This document shows, piece by piece, positions 62,248-64,000 of a DNA stretch of 64,000 nt. Both the position numbers and the translations under genes were made by a program. Every line of letters starts with the position of its first letter. The first letter of the stretch is position 1. Location: assembly GCF_963921235.1 (NCBI RefSeq), contig NC_086097.1:180484001-180548000 (forward strand), given 5' to 3'. Source of the stretch: Mobula hypostoma (lineage: Eukaryota). Below the pieces are notes generated by a model. It was given only the letters and a program-made list of their open reading frames with translations, was not told the DNA's origin and did not search any database.

Positions 62248-64000
62248 AAAGCATCCTGTGGTGAAAGGATGGTGTGTGAGTGTCCAGCTTGGGGAGTGAG
62301 TGACAGCATTGCAAAGGGAGCTCCACACTTATTAACTTGTGCTGTCCCTGCCTTGGGAGTGAGAGTGGATTGTGTTGCATCTATCATGTTCTGGTTTATT
62401 ATTTTTGGAAAATGCACAGGGAACTTTATAACCCATGCTGTTCCTGCCCTGGAATGTGTAGCAGGACAGTATTGAAGGAACATTCACTCTGTCTGACCCT
62501 GGGAGTGTGTGATGGGATGGTTTAGAGGGAGCTTCACTCTGTGTCTGACCCTGGCAATGTATTATAGGACAGTACAAAGGGAATTTTACTTTGTGTCCAG
62601 TTCGTGTTGTCCCCCTCTTTTCCCCTGTTGTCCTGTTTGCTGGATTTGGATCACGGGGAGGGCTTTGGAAGAATATTCCCTGCAACATCCCTACAATGAC
62701 CAGCCCCCTGAAATCCACAATACCAGCAAACACCACACTCTGAGGGTTGGGTGTGTTGAAATTTTGAACATGTCAGCTTGTACAGGGACCGTAACTGCCA
62801 GGTTCAGCCCGACAACCTACTGCAATCATTGGTATCTGATCCATGGGAAGTGAGACTTGTCTGGAACACCTGGGAACTGAACCCAATGGGTGGGGTTAAT
62901 TTATGGTATCCATTTCTTGCCCACCGCCCTCACCCTCTCCCAGTGGCCTTGCAGGTGTGAATGGATTATGTAAACTGATATTTCACAAGTAAATCACTCT
63001 TTCTCCTGGCACTTCTGTGTGGCTCCAGTTATTTTCTCAATCAAAATGAATCACAAAGTGCTTTAAAATAGAAATGAGTGCTGTAATCAAACAAATGGGT
63101 CAAGTTAGTTAATGTACAGCCTTCTCCCATAGCAGCAAAAGTGTTTGAGGGCTTAAATAGTATTTCAATGTCTCAGCTGAAGTAATGTGGGACAGTACTG
63201 TAACATAGCAGCTAATGTAATGCTATTACAGTGCTATTAACCCAGGTTCAATTCCGCCACTGTCTGTAAAGAGTTTATATGTTCTCCCTGTAACCGTGTG
63301 GGTATCCTCACAGTTACCACACTGTATTTCTAAAATAGATTAGACTCCATTGGTGTTTTCACTCCCTTGCCACTGACCCTCTGACAGTGTACCACTCCAT
63401 TGCTGTAGTCCCACTCTTGTGGCTGAAGCTATGTGCTGCTTTGTGTTTAGATAACTGGAAGTGCAGTGAAGTAATTTTCCCTCTCTCCCTGGGCCTATTT
63501 CCTGTCATGCCTATGTACCTAGATTTATCTTCCTCCCTGCTTCCTTGACCCCTCTCATTCCTAGTCTCTTCCCGCGATAAGGAAGTGGAAGTCCAAAAAC
63601 CTGTGGAGCAACCTTCAGTCATCACTCCTGGTGGGTGGACAACTCCAAAAAGAAATAAAAGGACTAGTGGATTGTGTATCTTACAAGGTCTGAGAGCTAT
63701 GGCGTCATAACTTCCAGTAGGGAGCTGGATAAATATCTTTCACAGCCCCACAAAGAACAAGAGATCGGGACAGATTTGACAGTTCCCTCAAGGAGATGAT
63801 GTAGTCACAATAGGCCAACTCAACTCCTAATTAAATATTTGGGGGTGTGCACAAACAAAAGCTTTTCACTGTAATGTGTGACAATAATAAATCAATTACT
63901 AATTGGGGTTAAGGACATCAAGCTTAGAGAAAGAGCCAATCAGGAATGACTGGGAATGTCATTGGGAAAGCACACCCATTCACCAGTTAAAATGAGTACA

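Noticed and set aside
61827..62483. 218-aa minus-strand ORF
   Set aside because: Antisense to exon 17 plus CR1 and minisatellite sequence.

Overview
Vertebrate genomic DNA, very likely from a cartilaginous fish (inferred from the CR1 / Rex-Babar / Penelope / V-SINE repeat landscape). There are two + strand protein-coding genes. (1) An intact 376-aa actin with only one coding intron (999..1124 + 5365..6369) and a divergent, invertebrate/protist-like residue signature. (2) A 17-exon gene (26569..62247), assembled by hand with GT-AG introns and matching phases throughout, encoding about 930 aa. Its architecture is UBA - coiled coil - UBX - repeated SHP-like motifs - BC-box/Cul2-box-like segment - about 16 LRRs. 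This suggests a p97/VCP adaptor fused to a ZYG11/ZER1-like Cullin-2 substrate receptor and is the main finding; the function is inferred, not tested. The remainder is mostly nested transposon debris: CR1 LINEs, Rex/Babar LINEs, Tc1 remnants, a palindromic hAT MITE, a solo LTR, Penelope fragments with hammerhead-like cores, V-SINEs and minisatellites. Repeat boundaries are approximate unless TSDs/TIRs are given.
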